A stretch of 64,000 nt of DNA from Candidatus Latescibacterota bacterium (GCA_965217865.1 CBDCJO010000002.1:3104001-3168000), one strand, 5' to 3'. Positions 1 through 9,278 are shown, counted from the first letter of the stretch. Numbers and translations are program-made. Notes: generated by a model from the sequence alone, not told the origin.

Positions 1-2
1 CC

Positions 3-1769
3 GAGCAGAGCCAGGGGAATCAGGGATGGCGTTGGCGCATGTTCAGCGTGGGGGCGGTTATCGGGATCGTATGGGGTCTTTTTTATGTGGGGGTTCCGGC
101 GATTACCGGGGTGTTCATGGAGGAACCCCTGCAAATCTTTCCGATCCCGTTCGTTGACTTTACGCCGTATACGGGATACTTCCTGCCTGCCACCCCGCTG
201 GGCTTCACCTGCCACCTCGGTCCGATCTTTGTGGGTTTGCTCGCACCATTCTGGGGGATCGTGGGGACGTTTTTCGGGGTGATCGTCTACACCGTCGCGA
301 ACCCGATCCTCCACAGCTACGGGATGCTCCCCCACTGGTTCGTCGGTATGGACACCATCCAGACCCAGTTTCTGGGTTATATCGATTTCTGGATGAGCTT
401 CGGCCTTGGAACGACTCTTGGCATCGCGGCCATCGGGCTCTACCAGGTCTTCAAAGGCAGAAGCCCGCTCGGGGGGCGCGGGCTTACTCAAAGAACCTTC
501 ACCCCTCCGCCCGGTCGCGGAGACTTCCGCATCGGAATCTGCATCATCCTTTTCGCCGCTTCCGGCCTCTACACGATCTTGTTGGCCAGGTATCTCTTTC
601 CCAACCTGGTGACGAATACCCTGATCGTTTTTTTCTTTCTCTTCGCGTTCGTCTATACACCTCTTATCTCATTCGTGAACGCCAGGCTCATCGGCATGGT
701 GGGTCAGACCGTGTCCATTCCCTATATCCGAGAGGCCACGATTTTCCTGAGCGGTTTCAGGGGGATGGAGATCTGGTTTGTTCCTTTCCCGCTCGCCACC
801 CACGGGAGCCAGGCCCAGAAGTTCCGGGAGATCGAACTTACCGGGACCCGGTTCACGAGCATTTTGAAGGCCGAGGTGTTCATGGTTCCCCTGGTGCTTG
901 CGGCGAGTTTTTTCTACTGGTCCTATATCTGGAGCCTTGCCCCCATTCCGTCCGAGACTTATCCATATGCACAGGTCTATTGGCCTCTCAGGGCTCTTCA
1001 GGACTGCGTCTGGTTTACGAGCACCCTCAAGGGGGAGATGCGGGTAAGCCATGACCGGGTGTCCTGGCGTCCGGCCAATCTGACGGACGGGAGCTGGTGG
1101 TACTGGCGGGTGAGGACGACAAGAGATGCGGAGGCTGAAGATATCAAGACGGGTGGGGATGGGCCTTGGTCCAGGGTGGGATTCTTTTATACCGACTATA
1201 TGAAGAAGGGTCCACCCCTGACTAAGCCGGCAAGGATCAAGCCGGAGGATCGGTGGGAGTCGACGGGGTCTCCGCAACTCCAGGGTATGGACGATGGGGT
1301 GGGGGCGTATACCCCAACCCCCCCCCTGCCCGTTTTCCCGATCCAGGGATCGAAAGGAGAACAGGTCCGCTACTATTTCGAGATCGATCAGACGCCGGAG
1401 TTCGACGGGCCGTTCCTGCAGACGTCGGAGGACATCCCGATTTTCTATGAAGCCGTCAAACCGGCGGTCATCGTGTCTGGTTTCGTCATCAGCCTGGTTC
1501 TCTTCGTGTTCATGTCTATTCTAGGATTGCCCATCTTGTTCGTGTTCGGGTTCGTGAGGAGCCTGGGGATTCTTCCACATCTGGTTGTCACGGAGATCAT
1601 AGGAGCCCTGCTTGCAAGGTATTACTTCTGGAATAAGTTCGGCCGGCAACAGTGGAGACTTCACGCCACGGTATTGGCCGTGGGTTTCAGTGCCGGGATG
1701 GCGCTGGTGGGAATGGCTTCGGTGTCTGTGGCGATGATTCAGAAGTCGGTGTCGGTGGTACAGTTCTAA
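3..1769 (+). CDS. OPT-like oligopeptide transporter membrane protein (5' partial) with an inserted soluble domain
   Basis: Frame open from the window edge; many TM segments; IPYIREATI and ELTGTRFTSILKAE motifs typical of this peptide-transporter family. Confidence 0.7.
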   Translation, partial: EQSQGNQGWRWRMFSVGAVIGIVWGLFYVGVPAITGVFMEEPLQIFPIPFVDFTPYTGYFLPATPLGFTCHLGPIFVGLLAPFWGIVGTFFGVIVYTVANPILHSYGMLPHWFVGMDTIQTQFLGYIDFWMSFGLGTTLGIAAIGLYQVFKGRSPLGGRGLTQRTFTPPPGRGDFRIGICIILFAASGLYTILLARYLFPNLVTNTLIVFFFLFAFVYTPLISFVNARLIGMVGQTVSIPYIREATIFLSGFRGMEIWFVPFPLATHGSQAQKFREIELTGTRFTSILKAEVFMVPLVLAASFFYWSYIWSLAPIPSETYPYAQVYWPLRALQDCVWFTSTLKGEMRVSHDRVSWRPANLTDGSWWYWRVRTTRDAEAEDIKTGGDGPWSRVGFFYTDYMKKGPPLTKPARIKPEDRWESTGSPQLQGMDDGVGAYTPTPPLPVFPIQGSKGEQVRYYFEIDQTPEFDGPFLQTSEDIPIFYEAVKPAVIVSGFVISLVLFVFMSILGLPILFVFGFVRSLGILPHLVVTEIIGALLARYYFWNKFGRQQWRLHATVLAVGFSAGMALVGMASVSVAMIQKSVSVVQF

Positions 1770-1985
1770 GGAAATTGAAGATTGAAAAAAGGCATTGAAA
1801 ATTGGAGATTCAACTGAGCCAGTAGCAGTGGCAGGAAAGGCAAAGGCTAGGGGTCAGAGGTCGGGCAGTAGCAGGTGGCAGTAGCAGTGGCAGTGGCAGG
1901 AAAGGCAAAGGCTAGGGGTCAGAGGTCGGGCAGTAGCAGGTGGCAGTGGCAGGAAAAGCCAAGGTCGGAGGTCAGGGGTCGGGGG
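1770..1985 (+). repeat. Composite purine-rich short-repeat spacer block 1
   Basis: AAATTGAAGATTGAA, (GCAGTR)n, GGCAGGAAAGGCAAAGG, GGTCAGAGGTCGG; a ~58-bp unit is duplicated at ~1825 and ~1890. Confidence 0.9.
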
Positions 1986-2159
1986 ATAATCAAATCGAGT
2001 GTCACAAACGAATTTTCCACTCGCGTGGAAAATTGAATGAAAACATTATTTATTTGATATATATGAGGTTAGTGAGAGTCGAAACCGGAAAAAAGATTCG
2101 GGAAGGAAGGAGTCGAGAGCCCAAAAGCAACCCACCCAAATAAAAACCGCAATAACCCA

Positions 2160-2483
2160 TTGTACCAGTTTAAAGACCTTAACGTGCTGGATGCTGGCAG
2201 GCTCTGGTATTCTGGTGCATACCTGTTGGAAACCATTCCCTCGGTAATCTACCTTCTGATGAAACACGGGGATGACTTCGAAGAGGCCGTAGTCCGTGCT
2301 GTCAACGATACGAAGGACAATGACACCGTAGCCGCTATTGTGGGAGCCGTTTTGGGGGGGTTATACGGAAGAACGGGAATTCCAGGGCGTTGGATAGACA
2401 ATTTGGTAGGACGGACTTCGTTTGAAGACGATGGACGAGTATTTGAATTAATCGAAGAGGCCAAGAAGACATTTTGGGGGTGA
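2160..2483 (+). pseudogene. ADP-ribosylglycohydrolase, C-terminal fragment
   Basis: AVNDTKDNDTVAAIVGAVLGGLYG..IP..W motif; N-terminal part absent. Confidence 0.8.
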
Positions 2484-2544
2484 GAAAAAGAAGCATTATC
2501 AGGAGTAAATAAAACTGGCTTAGCGACATAATTAATTGCGCATA

Positions 2545-2700
2545 CCCTTCCGCCCGGCCCCACCGGAATACAGAATACAGAAGAAGAATTAAAGGCAGTA
2601 GCAGTAGCAGGAAATGCTAATGCAGAGGGCAGGAAAAAGCAGTAGCAAGGAAAGGCAATGGCAGAAGTCGGAGGTTAGAGGCCAGTGGAAGCCAGGAGTC
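2545..2700 (+). repeat. Composite repeat spacer block 2
   Basis: CCTTCCGCCC..ACCGGAATACAGAA, GCAGTAGCAGTAGCAGGAAA, same motifs as block 1. Confidence 0.85.
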
Positions 2701-2722
2701 AAGTTGCTACTTATACTTAGCT

Positions 2723-3556
2723 CTACCTGTAGCTCTGAATTGTCTCAGCCACCTCGTTCAGGTAATCATTTGTACTGAGACTGTGTGCTTTGGCAAAAAG
2801 ATTGAGTGTGGATACTCGAGGACGCGCGCCAGTCTCAACCCGGCGAACTTGCCTCTCTGAGAGACCTTTAATGTCGGATTGACGAAGACCGTGCTTTCTT
2901 CTCACATCAGCAACGGCCTGACCAAAGAGCTGGTCGGACTGTACTCGTTCCTGCTTGGCTTTCTCCGGGTAGTTTGGATCAGAGAGCCCGCGGATGGATT
3001 CCATATCCAGGTGGACGTCCAGGGATGGCCAGTAGACATAGCTGCCGTCTTTCTCCACCTGGAAACTCCTCACATCCCTGCCGGATTTCCTGGATAGAGC
3101 TGCGATTTTACTCAACTCGATCTCATATGTTTTGGTTGAGCAACTCATCACAACCAGGAAGTTCTCTACCAGGTGCGCGTCCGCAATCAGCTCATCAGCA
3201 GCGCCAATTGTCCTTGCGTGGAGGATTCTTGCAGGCACATCTGCCTGCTGATGCACGATTAGATTACTGAAAAGCCTGAGTCCGGCTTTTTGCAGGTATT
3301 GAGGCAGTAGATTCGAGGCATCGGGGTCGTGGATGAACAGGTTCTCCAGGTAGCGCTTGTTATTTGCCTCACGAACGAATGAAGAGACTTCAGGCAGATC
3401 ACGCAGCGAAACCGACAGGTAGAGGGCACTGAATTCGTCCAGGAGTGAATCCTGAAGCTTCCTGTACTTACGATACCATCGGGACTTCGGAATATGCCGG
3501 GAAACTTCCGGGTCGAGCGCAATCACGGCAAAGGCCGCTGTCGTCATTGTCGGCAT
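2723..3556 (-). CDS. DUF2442-like protein with an N-terminal extension and a C-terminal XRE HTH
   Basis: FQVEKDGSYVYWPSLDVHLDMESI (DUF2442-like); GLRQSDIKGLSERQVRRVETG HTH; start at 3556 or 3547 overlapping the upstream stop. Confidence 0.7.
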   Translation of the reverse strand: MPTMTTAAFAVIALDPEVSRHIPKSRWYRKYRKLQDSLLDEFSALYLSVSLRDLPEVSSFVREANNKRYLENLFIHDPDASNLLPQYLQKAGLRLFSNLIVHQQADVPARILHARTIGAADELIADAHLVENFLVVMSCSTKTYEIELSKIAALSRKSGRDVRSFQVEKDGSYVYWPSLDVHLDMESIRGLSDPNYPEKAKQERVQSDQLFGQAVADVRRKHGLRQSDIKGLSERQVRRVETGARPRVSTLNLFAKAHSLSTNDYLNEVAETIQSYR

Positions 3557-3762
3557 ACTTTCTCCTCCCACTCCTGAAGGAGTTGCAGGCGGTATTTTAC
3601 GATGAGTTTGCAAAGCTTTTTTTGCAACGGGCCAGGCGGCCTCTTAAAGTTCTTTGGCCATTTTGCGGTCCAATCCAGTAGATTGACGTGAGGTGGCCGG
3701 TGATCGTGTGACGGGAACACCAATTCGTACCCGGGTAAGGTGCAGCATGTGACTTTTCCCAA
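3544..3762 (-). CDS. DUF4160 family protein
   Basis: FPSHDHRPPHV motif and C-terminal LLQEWEE; translationally coupled to the DUF2442 gene. Confidence 0.75.
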   Translation of the reverse strand: MGKVTCCTLPGYELVFPSHDHRPPHVNLLDWTAKWPKNFKRPPGPLQKKLCKLIVKYRLQLLQEWEEKVCRQ

Positions 3763-3785
3763 GATTCAGATCCTTTCCAACAAAC

Positions 3786-3840
3786 AAGATAGGCGATACC
3801 GGACGTTTTGTCAAGTAATATATTAATCTAAACGTCCGGT
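3786..3840 (-). promoter_or_regulatory. Sigma70 promoter with an inverted-repeat operator
   Basis: Minus strand TTGACA-17 bp-TATCTT; perfect 11-bp IR ACCGGACGTTT/AAACGTCCGGT at 3798-3808 and 3830-3840. Confidence 0.8.
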
Positions 3841-3842
3841 TG

Positions 3843-4008
3843 GGTCGGGGTCAGGGGAAAAACGAGATGTGAGACGAAGACCCTTCCGCCCATCCTCACC
3901 GGAATACAAAAAACCCGTGAAACGTGAGACGTGAAACGTGAAACGTGAAAAGCAGTAGCAGGAAAGGCAAGGGCAGGAAAAGGCAAAAGCAGAGGCCAGA
4001 GGCCGGAG
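3843..4008 (+). repeat. Composite repeat spacer block 3
   Basis: (ACGTGAR)n heptamers, GCAGGAAAGGCAAGGGC, CCTTCCGCCCATCCTCACCGGAATAC. Confidence 0.9.
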
Positions 4009-4374
4009 GACTTCCGTAATTGGAGAGTCATTTTGTTTGCTTCCAACCCCTCCCCCAGGTCGTCCTTTTTCTTGCTACCACCCCTCCGTTACTCGCTTGC
4101 TCGCAACCCACATCCCTAAGTAAAAGGACTACAAAAAGAAGGATCCTTCGACTACGCTCAGGACAGGTTCTGCTCAAACGCCGCGGAGGCTGGGCGCGCC
4201 TAAGCCGAAATGTAGATGGCAATCAGAATTTTGTGTGGTTCCGAGAGGGCTCGTGGCATTACCGGGTCCCCGTGGAACGTTAAAAAGGAGGGACAGAGTC
4301 GCGCCAAAAACCGATATTATGATTCAGGTATTGAGAGTACAGGTAGACTTCCGTAATTGGAGAGTCATTTTGTT
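4009..4374 (+). repeat. 29-bp direct repeat pair enclosing a REP-like sequence
   Basis: GACTTCCGTAATTGGAGAGTCATTTTGTT at 4009-4037 and 4346-4374; CCTTCGACTACGCTCAGGACAGG between them. Confidence 0.8.
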
Positions 4375-4469
4375 AGGGTTCCGAACCCCTCGTCCAAGGT
4401 TGCCCTTTATTGGGGGATTGAAGATCAATTAAAGATGTTGAAGATTGAAGGTTGATCCCTATAGGAAGG

Positions 4470-5636
4470 ATGTTTTTCGTGATCGACACGGAGTTGTTTC
4501 AGAGTACGCCATTCCGGGAGGCCAAAGGACTCGTCCTGGAGGAGAAATGGGGCCTTTTCGTTCACGTGGCAACGATCGCCCGGAGTCCTTCGGGGACGCT
4601 CGTCGTCGCGTGTATCGGTGGACCGAGGGCGGAGCCCGAGCCGGACAACGTGATCGCCATGGCAAGGTCTTTTGATAACGGTGAAACCTGGACTCCCCTA
4701 AAAGGGATGATCGACCCCGACGATGGGTGGCGGGCCTTTGATCCTGTGCTCTGGACCCGACCGGACGGGAAGATCTGGATACAGTGGGCGGAAGGGGATT
4801 GCCCCGGATTTCGGAAGAGGGACCGCGAAAGACGCGCTTTTTCCGGGTTCCTTACCGTTGACGGTGAAGAGATCGGGTTCAGCGATGTTCAACCCTGGAT
4901 CGGTCACGAGACGGGCAACTGGGCGGTCAATCCCCCGATCGTCCTGAGCAGCGGACGGTGGGTCGTTCCGATGCAGAACGGACCTTTTCAATATGTCCGC
5001 TCGTCGGACGACCAGGGCAGGACCTGGGTCAACCGGGAACAGGCGACGACAGAACAGGTCCCGGGGGGGATAGATGAGGCCACCTTCATTCAGCGGGAGG
5101 ACGGAAGGCTCTGGGCGCTGTATCGGACGACCGGTGGGAGGTTGTTCGAGGGTTTTTCGGACGACGAAGGGGATTCGTGGATCGATATTCGCGAAACGGG
5201 GATCCCCAACCCGGGAACCAAACCCTTCCTTTTGAAACTCGCCTCCGGACGGGTCCTTCTGCTCAACAACGCCACGTTTGCATCGCGGGTGGGGTACAAA
5301 GACCGTCCTCCTCCGGCGGACAAGTACTCCGGGAGGAGCTTCCTCACGGCCGCCCTGTCGGAGGACGACGGACGGACATTCTGCGCCGAGCTGGTGCTGG
5401 ACCGGGATCGCTTCGTCTGTTACCCCTCTGCGATTCAGGACCCCGAGGGGGTCATACATATCGTCTACAGGATGAAGACCGAACTGGCGTATAGCTGGGT
5501 GGGAGGCCCGATTGAGGACACAAGCACGGGTCTCGAAGCGGGGACGGCGGTCGCAAGGGTGGGCTACGGGCAGCTTACGGAGGAGATGATTCTCGCGTGT
5601 GAGGCTCCGGAGTGGGGAGGGGGGGAAGGAAAATGA
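4470..5636 (+). CDS. BNR/Asp-box sialidase-like glycoside hydrolase
   Basis: Asp boxes SFDNGETW, SDDQGRTW, SDDEGDSW, SEDDGRTF; YPSA motif. Confidence 0.85.
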   Translation: MFFVIDTELFQSTPFREAKGLVLEEKWGLFVHVATIARSPSGTLVVACIGGPRAEPEPDNVIAMARSFDNGETWTPLKGMIDPDDGWRAFDPVLWTRPDGKIWIQWAEGDCPGFRKRDRERRAFSGFLTVDGEEIGFSDVQPWIGHETGNWAVNPPIVLSSGRWVVPMQNGPFQYVRSSDDQGRTWVNREQATTEQVPGGIDEATFIQREDGRLWALYRTTGGRLFEGFSDDEGDSWIDIRETGIPNPGTKPFLLKLASGRVLLLNNATFASRVGYKDRPPPADKYSGRSFLTAALSEDDGRTFCAELVLDRDRFVCYPSAIQDPEGVIHIVYRMKTELAYSWVGGPIEDTSTGLEAGTAVARVGYGQLTEEMILACEAPEWGGGEGK

Positions 5637-5790
5637 AGATTGAAGATTGGGGAACCAAGGGCATTGAATATCGAAGATTGAAAGTCCGTCAAACGTCAAA
5701 CGTGAAACGGGAAAAGCAAGTGGCAGGAAAGGCAAAGGCAGGGGCAGGAAAAGCCAGGGTCAGAGGTATGGAAAAGCAGGGGGTCAGCGA
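5630..5790 (+). repeat. Composite repeat spacer block 4
   Basis: GAAGATT, ACGTCAA/ACGTGAA, GGCAGGAAAGGCAAAGGC, GGGTCAGAGG motifs. Confidence 0.85.
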
Positions 5791-5929
5791 GAGTCACAAG
5801 TACGAACCTTGTCTAAAATCAACGGTCCTTCGGTCCAGGGAATATGGTTTCCATTAAGCCAAACGATCTCAGCCAGATTCTAATAGCGTAGACAGAATCG
5901 GGCCGAGTAGACTAAAGATTGGGGTTCTT

Positions 5930-7156
5930 ATGCCGGATCCATCAAAGCCGTGGAAAATAGATGTGGACATCCTGCGCAGCTCGCAGTACGAGAACGTGAG
6001 CGTGGGGTTGCCCTACCTCGATGAGCAGGACAGGCTATGGCTGCCTGTGAACATCAGTTTCGATGCCAGTCAGACCACTGACGCCGGGTGGTTGGTGGCC
6101 AGCAGCGTCCTGCTCGTCTCGGAGGACAAAGGGCTGACCTGGGAGATCACCGACCGGCCGTGGCCCGGGCCAAGCCACAACCGCGTCACCATGCCCGACG
6201 GTACGATCGTGGAGGTGAGCGCCAGCGGCTACTCCCGGTATCCGCGAACGGAGGTGAAGCGGCTGGAGAAAGAGGGGTATCATGCGTGGGACCTGGGACC
6301 GAAAGATGATTACTGCGCCATCATCTATGATTTGTGGCAGAAGCGATCAACGGACAACGGCAAGACCTGGGAGAAGCGGGACATTCACACGCAGCTCCCT
6401 TTCTTCGCGCACTTCGTGGCCCGCGGCCCCCTGCGACTGCTCGATGACGGCTCGCTCATATTCCTCGCCTATGGCTGTACCCCGGAGGAACGGATCACCG
6501 CCAATGAGGATCATACCGCAACCGTGAAGGGCCGATTCCACAGTTACGGCCACGGGCGCTGGAGCGTCTACTGCGTACGATCCGACGACGACGGCGAGAC
6601 GTGGGAAGCGGTCCGTGCGGCCGATGGGCGCCTGTCGCCCTCGGTGCACGGCTTCAACGAGACGTTTCCGATCGTCACCGGCGATGGAAACATATTCGTC
6701 ATCCTGCGTACACAGCTGGGAGAGTTTGCCTACTCCGTAAAGTCTTCGGACGGTGGCAGGACCTGGTCTGAGCCGGTTCAGACCCCGATTCGCGCCAAGC
6801 ATCCTTGGCCGACGGCATTGGCCGATGGAACAATGGTGTGCACCTACCAGAGGCGGTTTGCGGTGCCCTACGGCGTGCGCGCTCGTTTCGCCTCCGACAA
6901 CGGCAAGGTCTGGAGCGAGGAGGTGGTGCTCCGCGACGATATTCCCCTCTCCGACGGCGTCTGTACGGTGAACACGGTGGAGTTCCGGGATGGTACGCTG
7001 TTCAGCGTGTTTCAGGCCAGGAAGTACGATGACAAAGGTCGGGGGTGGCCGTTTGTCGGCGGCTGCCGATGGACGAAGAGCTACCGGAGGCCTTACGGAC
7101 CGAAGCTGGAAGTTCCGGCTGCCGGGGAGAAGTACAATTATCCGAAGGGAGATTGA
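5930..7156 (+). CDS. BNR/Asp-box sialidase-like glycoside hydrolase
   Basis: SEDKGLTW, STDNGKTW, SDDDGETW, SSDGGRTW Asp boxes. Confidence 0.85.
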   Translation: MPDPSKPWKIDVDILRSSQYENVSVGLPYLDEQDRLWLPVNISFDASQTTDAGWLVASSVLLVSEDKGLTWEITDRPWPGPSHNRVTMPDGTIVEVSASGYSRYPRTEVKRLEKEGYHAWDLGPKDDYCAIIYDLWQKRSTDNGKTWEKRDIHTQLPFFAHFVARGPLRLLDDGSLIFLAYGCTPEERITANEDHTATVKGRFHSYGHGRWSVYCVRSDDDGETWEAVRAADGRLSPSVHGFNETFPIVTGDGNIFVILRTQLGEFAYSVKSSDGGRTWSEPVQTPIRAKHPWPTALADGTMVCTYQRRFAVPYGVRARFASDNGKVWSEEVVLRDDIPLSDGVCTVNTVEFRDGTLFSVFQARKYDDKGRGWPFVGGCRWTKSYRRPYGPKLEVPAAGEKYNYPKGD

Positions 7157-7580
7157 GGAACGGGAAAAGGCAATTGAAAATTGAAGATTGAATATTGAAA
7201 GGCCGTCAAACGTGAGACGGGAAACGGGAAAGGCAGAAGCAGTAGCAGTGGCAGTGGCAGGAAAGGCCGTGAGACGTCAAACGTGAGACGTGAAAAGTGA
7301 AACGGAAAAACCGCAGCGTGTTTTTATTCTTAGCGACATAATTGATTGGCCAGCGTGAAGAGCCGATCAATATGCGCAATTAATTATGTCGTTAAGAAAG
7401 GCCGTCAAACGGCAAACGTGAAACGGGAATGCCCCTTTCGCCCATCCCTCCGGAATACAGAAGACAGAATACAGGAGACAGAAGAAGATCTAAATTCAAC
7501 TCAGTCGTCAGACGTGAGAGACGGGAAAAGGCAGAGGTCAGAGGTCGGGAAAAGCAAAAGCAGTGGCCGTGGAATGAGGT
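7155..7580 (+). repeat. Composite repeat spacer block 5
   Basis: Same motif vocabulary: ATTGAA runs, ACGTGAG, GCAGTG, GAATACAG, AGAGGTC. Confidence 0.9.
7329..7396. mobile_element. 68-bp MITE-like palindrome (half copy at 2519-2544)
   Basis: TIR CTTAGCGACATAATTGATTG / CAATTAATTATGTCGTTAAG. Confidence 0.65.
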
Positions 7581-7644
7581 CCGGGAGTGCGACAATCGCA
7601 ATATTCTCTTTCTATGATCGATTATAATCTTCCGACGGCTATTC

Positions 7645-8037
7645 TCAGTTCTTCACCTCAATGATGTGGGCGTTGACCCATTCTACCAGCTGTTCACGTG
7701 AAATATTACCAGATGCAACTCCAAGAATGAGGCTCTCCTGTTCCTCAACGGATGCCTGAATCTCGAAACTGTTGAGCAGAAGAAATACGGCCATTGCTCC
7801 ATGACCAACACGTTTATTCCCATCTATGAACGGGTGATTCAAAATCAGAGAAAAGCAAAGCGCGCCTGCCTTCTCTGAAAAGGTTGAATAAAGATCTTCT
7901 CCCTCAAACGTCATACGAGGCTGAGCAACGGCAGATTCAAGTCCGCCTAGATCACGCAGCCCCGATGACCCTCCAGTTTGTTCAATTATTCGTCGGTGAA
8001 GTTCCAGCACTTCACCCAAAGTGAGATACCTCATCAA
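7645..8037 (-). CDS. doc: Death-on-curing (Doc/Fic) toxin
   Basis: HPFIDGNKR Fic motif; LRDLGGLESAVAQP. Confidence 0.93.
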   Translation of the reverse strand: MMRYLTLGEVLELHRRIIEQTGGSSGLRDLGGLESAVAQPRMTFEGEDLYSTFSEKAGALCFSLILNHPFIDGNKRVGHGAMAVFLLLNSFEIQASVEEQESLILGVASGNISREQLVEWVNAHIIEVKN

Positions 8038-8228
8038 CTCAGCCTTCGGTAGAGTTCCTTATTCTTCTCCAAAATCTGTTCAGCTACCTTCTGGAAATCT
8101 TCCTGAGGATGTCCCAGAACATCTGCCACCGCAGCTCTGGCGAGATCTTCTGGAGGAACACCAAGACGCTTGGCCGTCTTTTCTAAATGTTCAACCTCGT
8201 TTTTGGATAGATCCACAGATATCTTCAC
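8034..8228 (-). CDS. Putative antitoxin of the Doc module
   Basis: 64 aa, overlaps the doc start, C-terminal KNKELYRRLS typical of Doc partners. Confidence 0.8.
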   Translation of the reverse strand: MKISVDLSKNEVEHLEKTAKRLGVPPEDLARAAVADVLGHPQEDFQKVAEQILEKNKELYRRLS

Positions 8229-8369
8229 AATCCACCTCCTTTAATTGCTTCATTTCTTACAAATTGGAATAACGTGTGCAGATAGCGGTCCGCCGGTATT
8301 CCGGGGCTCTTATGCTCCCAGCAATTCTTGAATATAAAGCAAATCCGTTCTGCGTTCAAGCGAATGAGT

Positions 8370-8445
8370 AGCCAGGGGACAGGAGGAAAAAACAGTAGCA
8401 GTGGCAGTGGCAGGAAATGCAAAGGCTCAGATATTCAATGAGGCC
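8370..8445 (+). repeat. Composite repeat spacer block 6
   Basis: CAGTAGCAGTGGCAGTGGCAGGAAATGCAAAGG. Confidence 0.75.
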
Positions 8446-8519
8446 TGGGTTCTAATAAGGGATCCAGGTTCTTTTATCACCAAAGCCGGGTTCGGATTCT
8501 AATTCAGAAGCGACCACAG

Positions 8520-8870
8520 TCATGCTGTTCGCTTCATGCGTTTCTTATGTGTGGAGAGTTTCACTTCGATATCGAAATCAAGTTTATTTTGGAGAACGGA
8601 AAAAATGCTCGTAAGGTTGTCCATTGTAGGATTTCCCTTTGAGGATAACATGCGGTGGATGCTTTTGCTCGGCTTGTCCAATTCCTCTCCAAGCCGCTCA
8701 AAACCAATTGTTGAATTTACCAATTCTCTGAGAATCAGACGGGCCGTTTCAGACTCGCCATCTAAGAAAGTCGAAACTGCTTCATTCATCAGAGATGCAG
8801 CAAAATTGGGATCTCTTTCAGCTCTCTCCCGAATTGTTTGTTTATAGTCGCGTGTCAGTGCTATTGACAT
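8520..8870 (-). CDS. Orphan addiction-module antidote-like HTH protein
   Basis: ALTRDYKQTI..R..DP.FA; KSIHRMLSSKGNPT; no cognate toxin upstream. Confidence 0.8.
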   Translation of the reverse strand: MSIALTRDYKQTIRERAERDPNFAASLMNEAVSTFLDGESETARLILRELVNSTIGFERLGEELDKPSKSIHRMLSSKGNPTMDNLTSIFSVLQNKLDFDIEVKLSTHKKRMKRTA

Positions 8871-8919
8871 AAGGTAACTGATATGTTACTATTCATTGTG
8901 GGAATCCAAGAGAAAAAAA

Positions 8920-9215
8920 AGAAGAGCAGGGGTTTTGGGGGTCAGGGGCCAGAGGAAATTGAAGATTGAAAATTGAAGAATGAATATTGAAGACTGTTGA
9001 AGCGAGATCAATAAGACGAAAAGAAAGTCCTTGGTTGTTCCAATATTCAATTTCTCGATATTCAATATTCAATGAGTAGTGGCAGTAGCAGGAAAACCGT
9101 GAAACGTCAGACGTGAGACGGGAAAAGCAAGTGGCAGTAGCAGGGGGCAAGAAAGTCAAAGGCAGGGGTCGGGAAGAGCCAGGGTCGGAGGTCAGGAACA
9201 ATTGAAGATAGACAA
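8920..9215 (+). repeat. Composite repeat spacer block 7 with an internal inverted ATTGAA/TTCAAT pair
   Basis: All block motifs present; ~8958-8990 ATTGAA run pairs with ~9040-9072 TTCAAT run. Confidence 0.85.
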
Positions 9216-9226
9216 TTGGGTGGGGA

Positions 9227-9278
9227 GTCCGCCTGCGGCGGACTTTGTATACGTAGCGCGGGAATTCATTCCCGCGCG
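9227..9278. repeat. REP-like palindromes
   Basis: GTCCGCCTGCGGCGGAC and GTAG-CGCGGGAATTCATTCCCGCG. Confidence 0.6.

Noticed and set aside
4698-5735. Long antisense ORFs (also 22554-23525, 48329-49696, 51154-52041)
   Set aside because: Shadow or alternative-frame ORFs of GC-rich genes; the motif-bearing frame is a different one
1770-9215. Short ORFs over the repeat blocks (e.g. 3828-4046, 5612-5857, 7346-7627, 8893-9324)
   Set aside because: They are translations of low-complexity repeats (FHVSRFTSHVSR, LPLPL) with no domain signal
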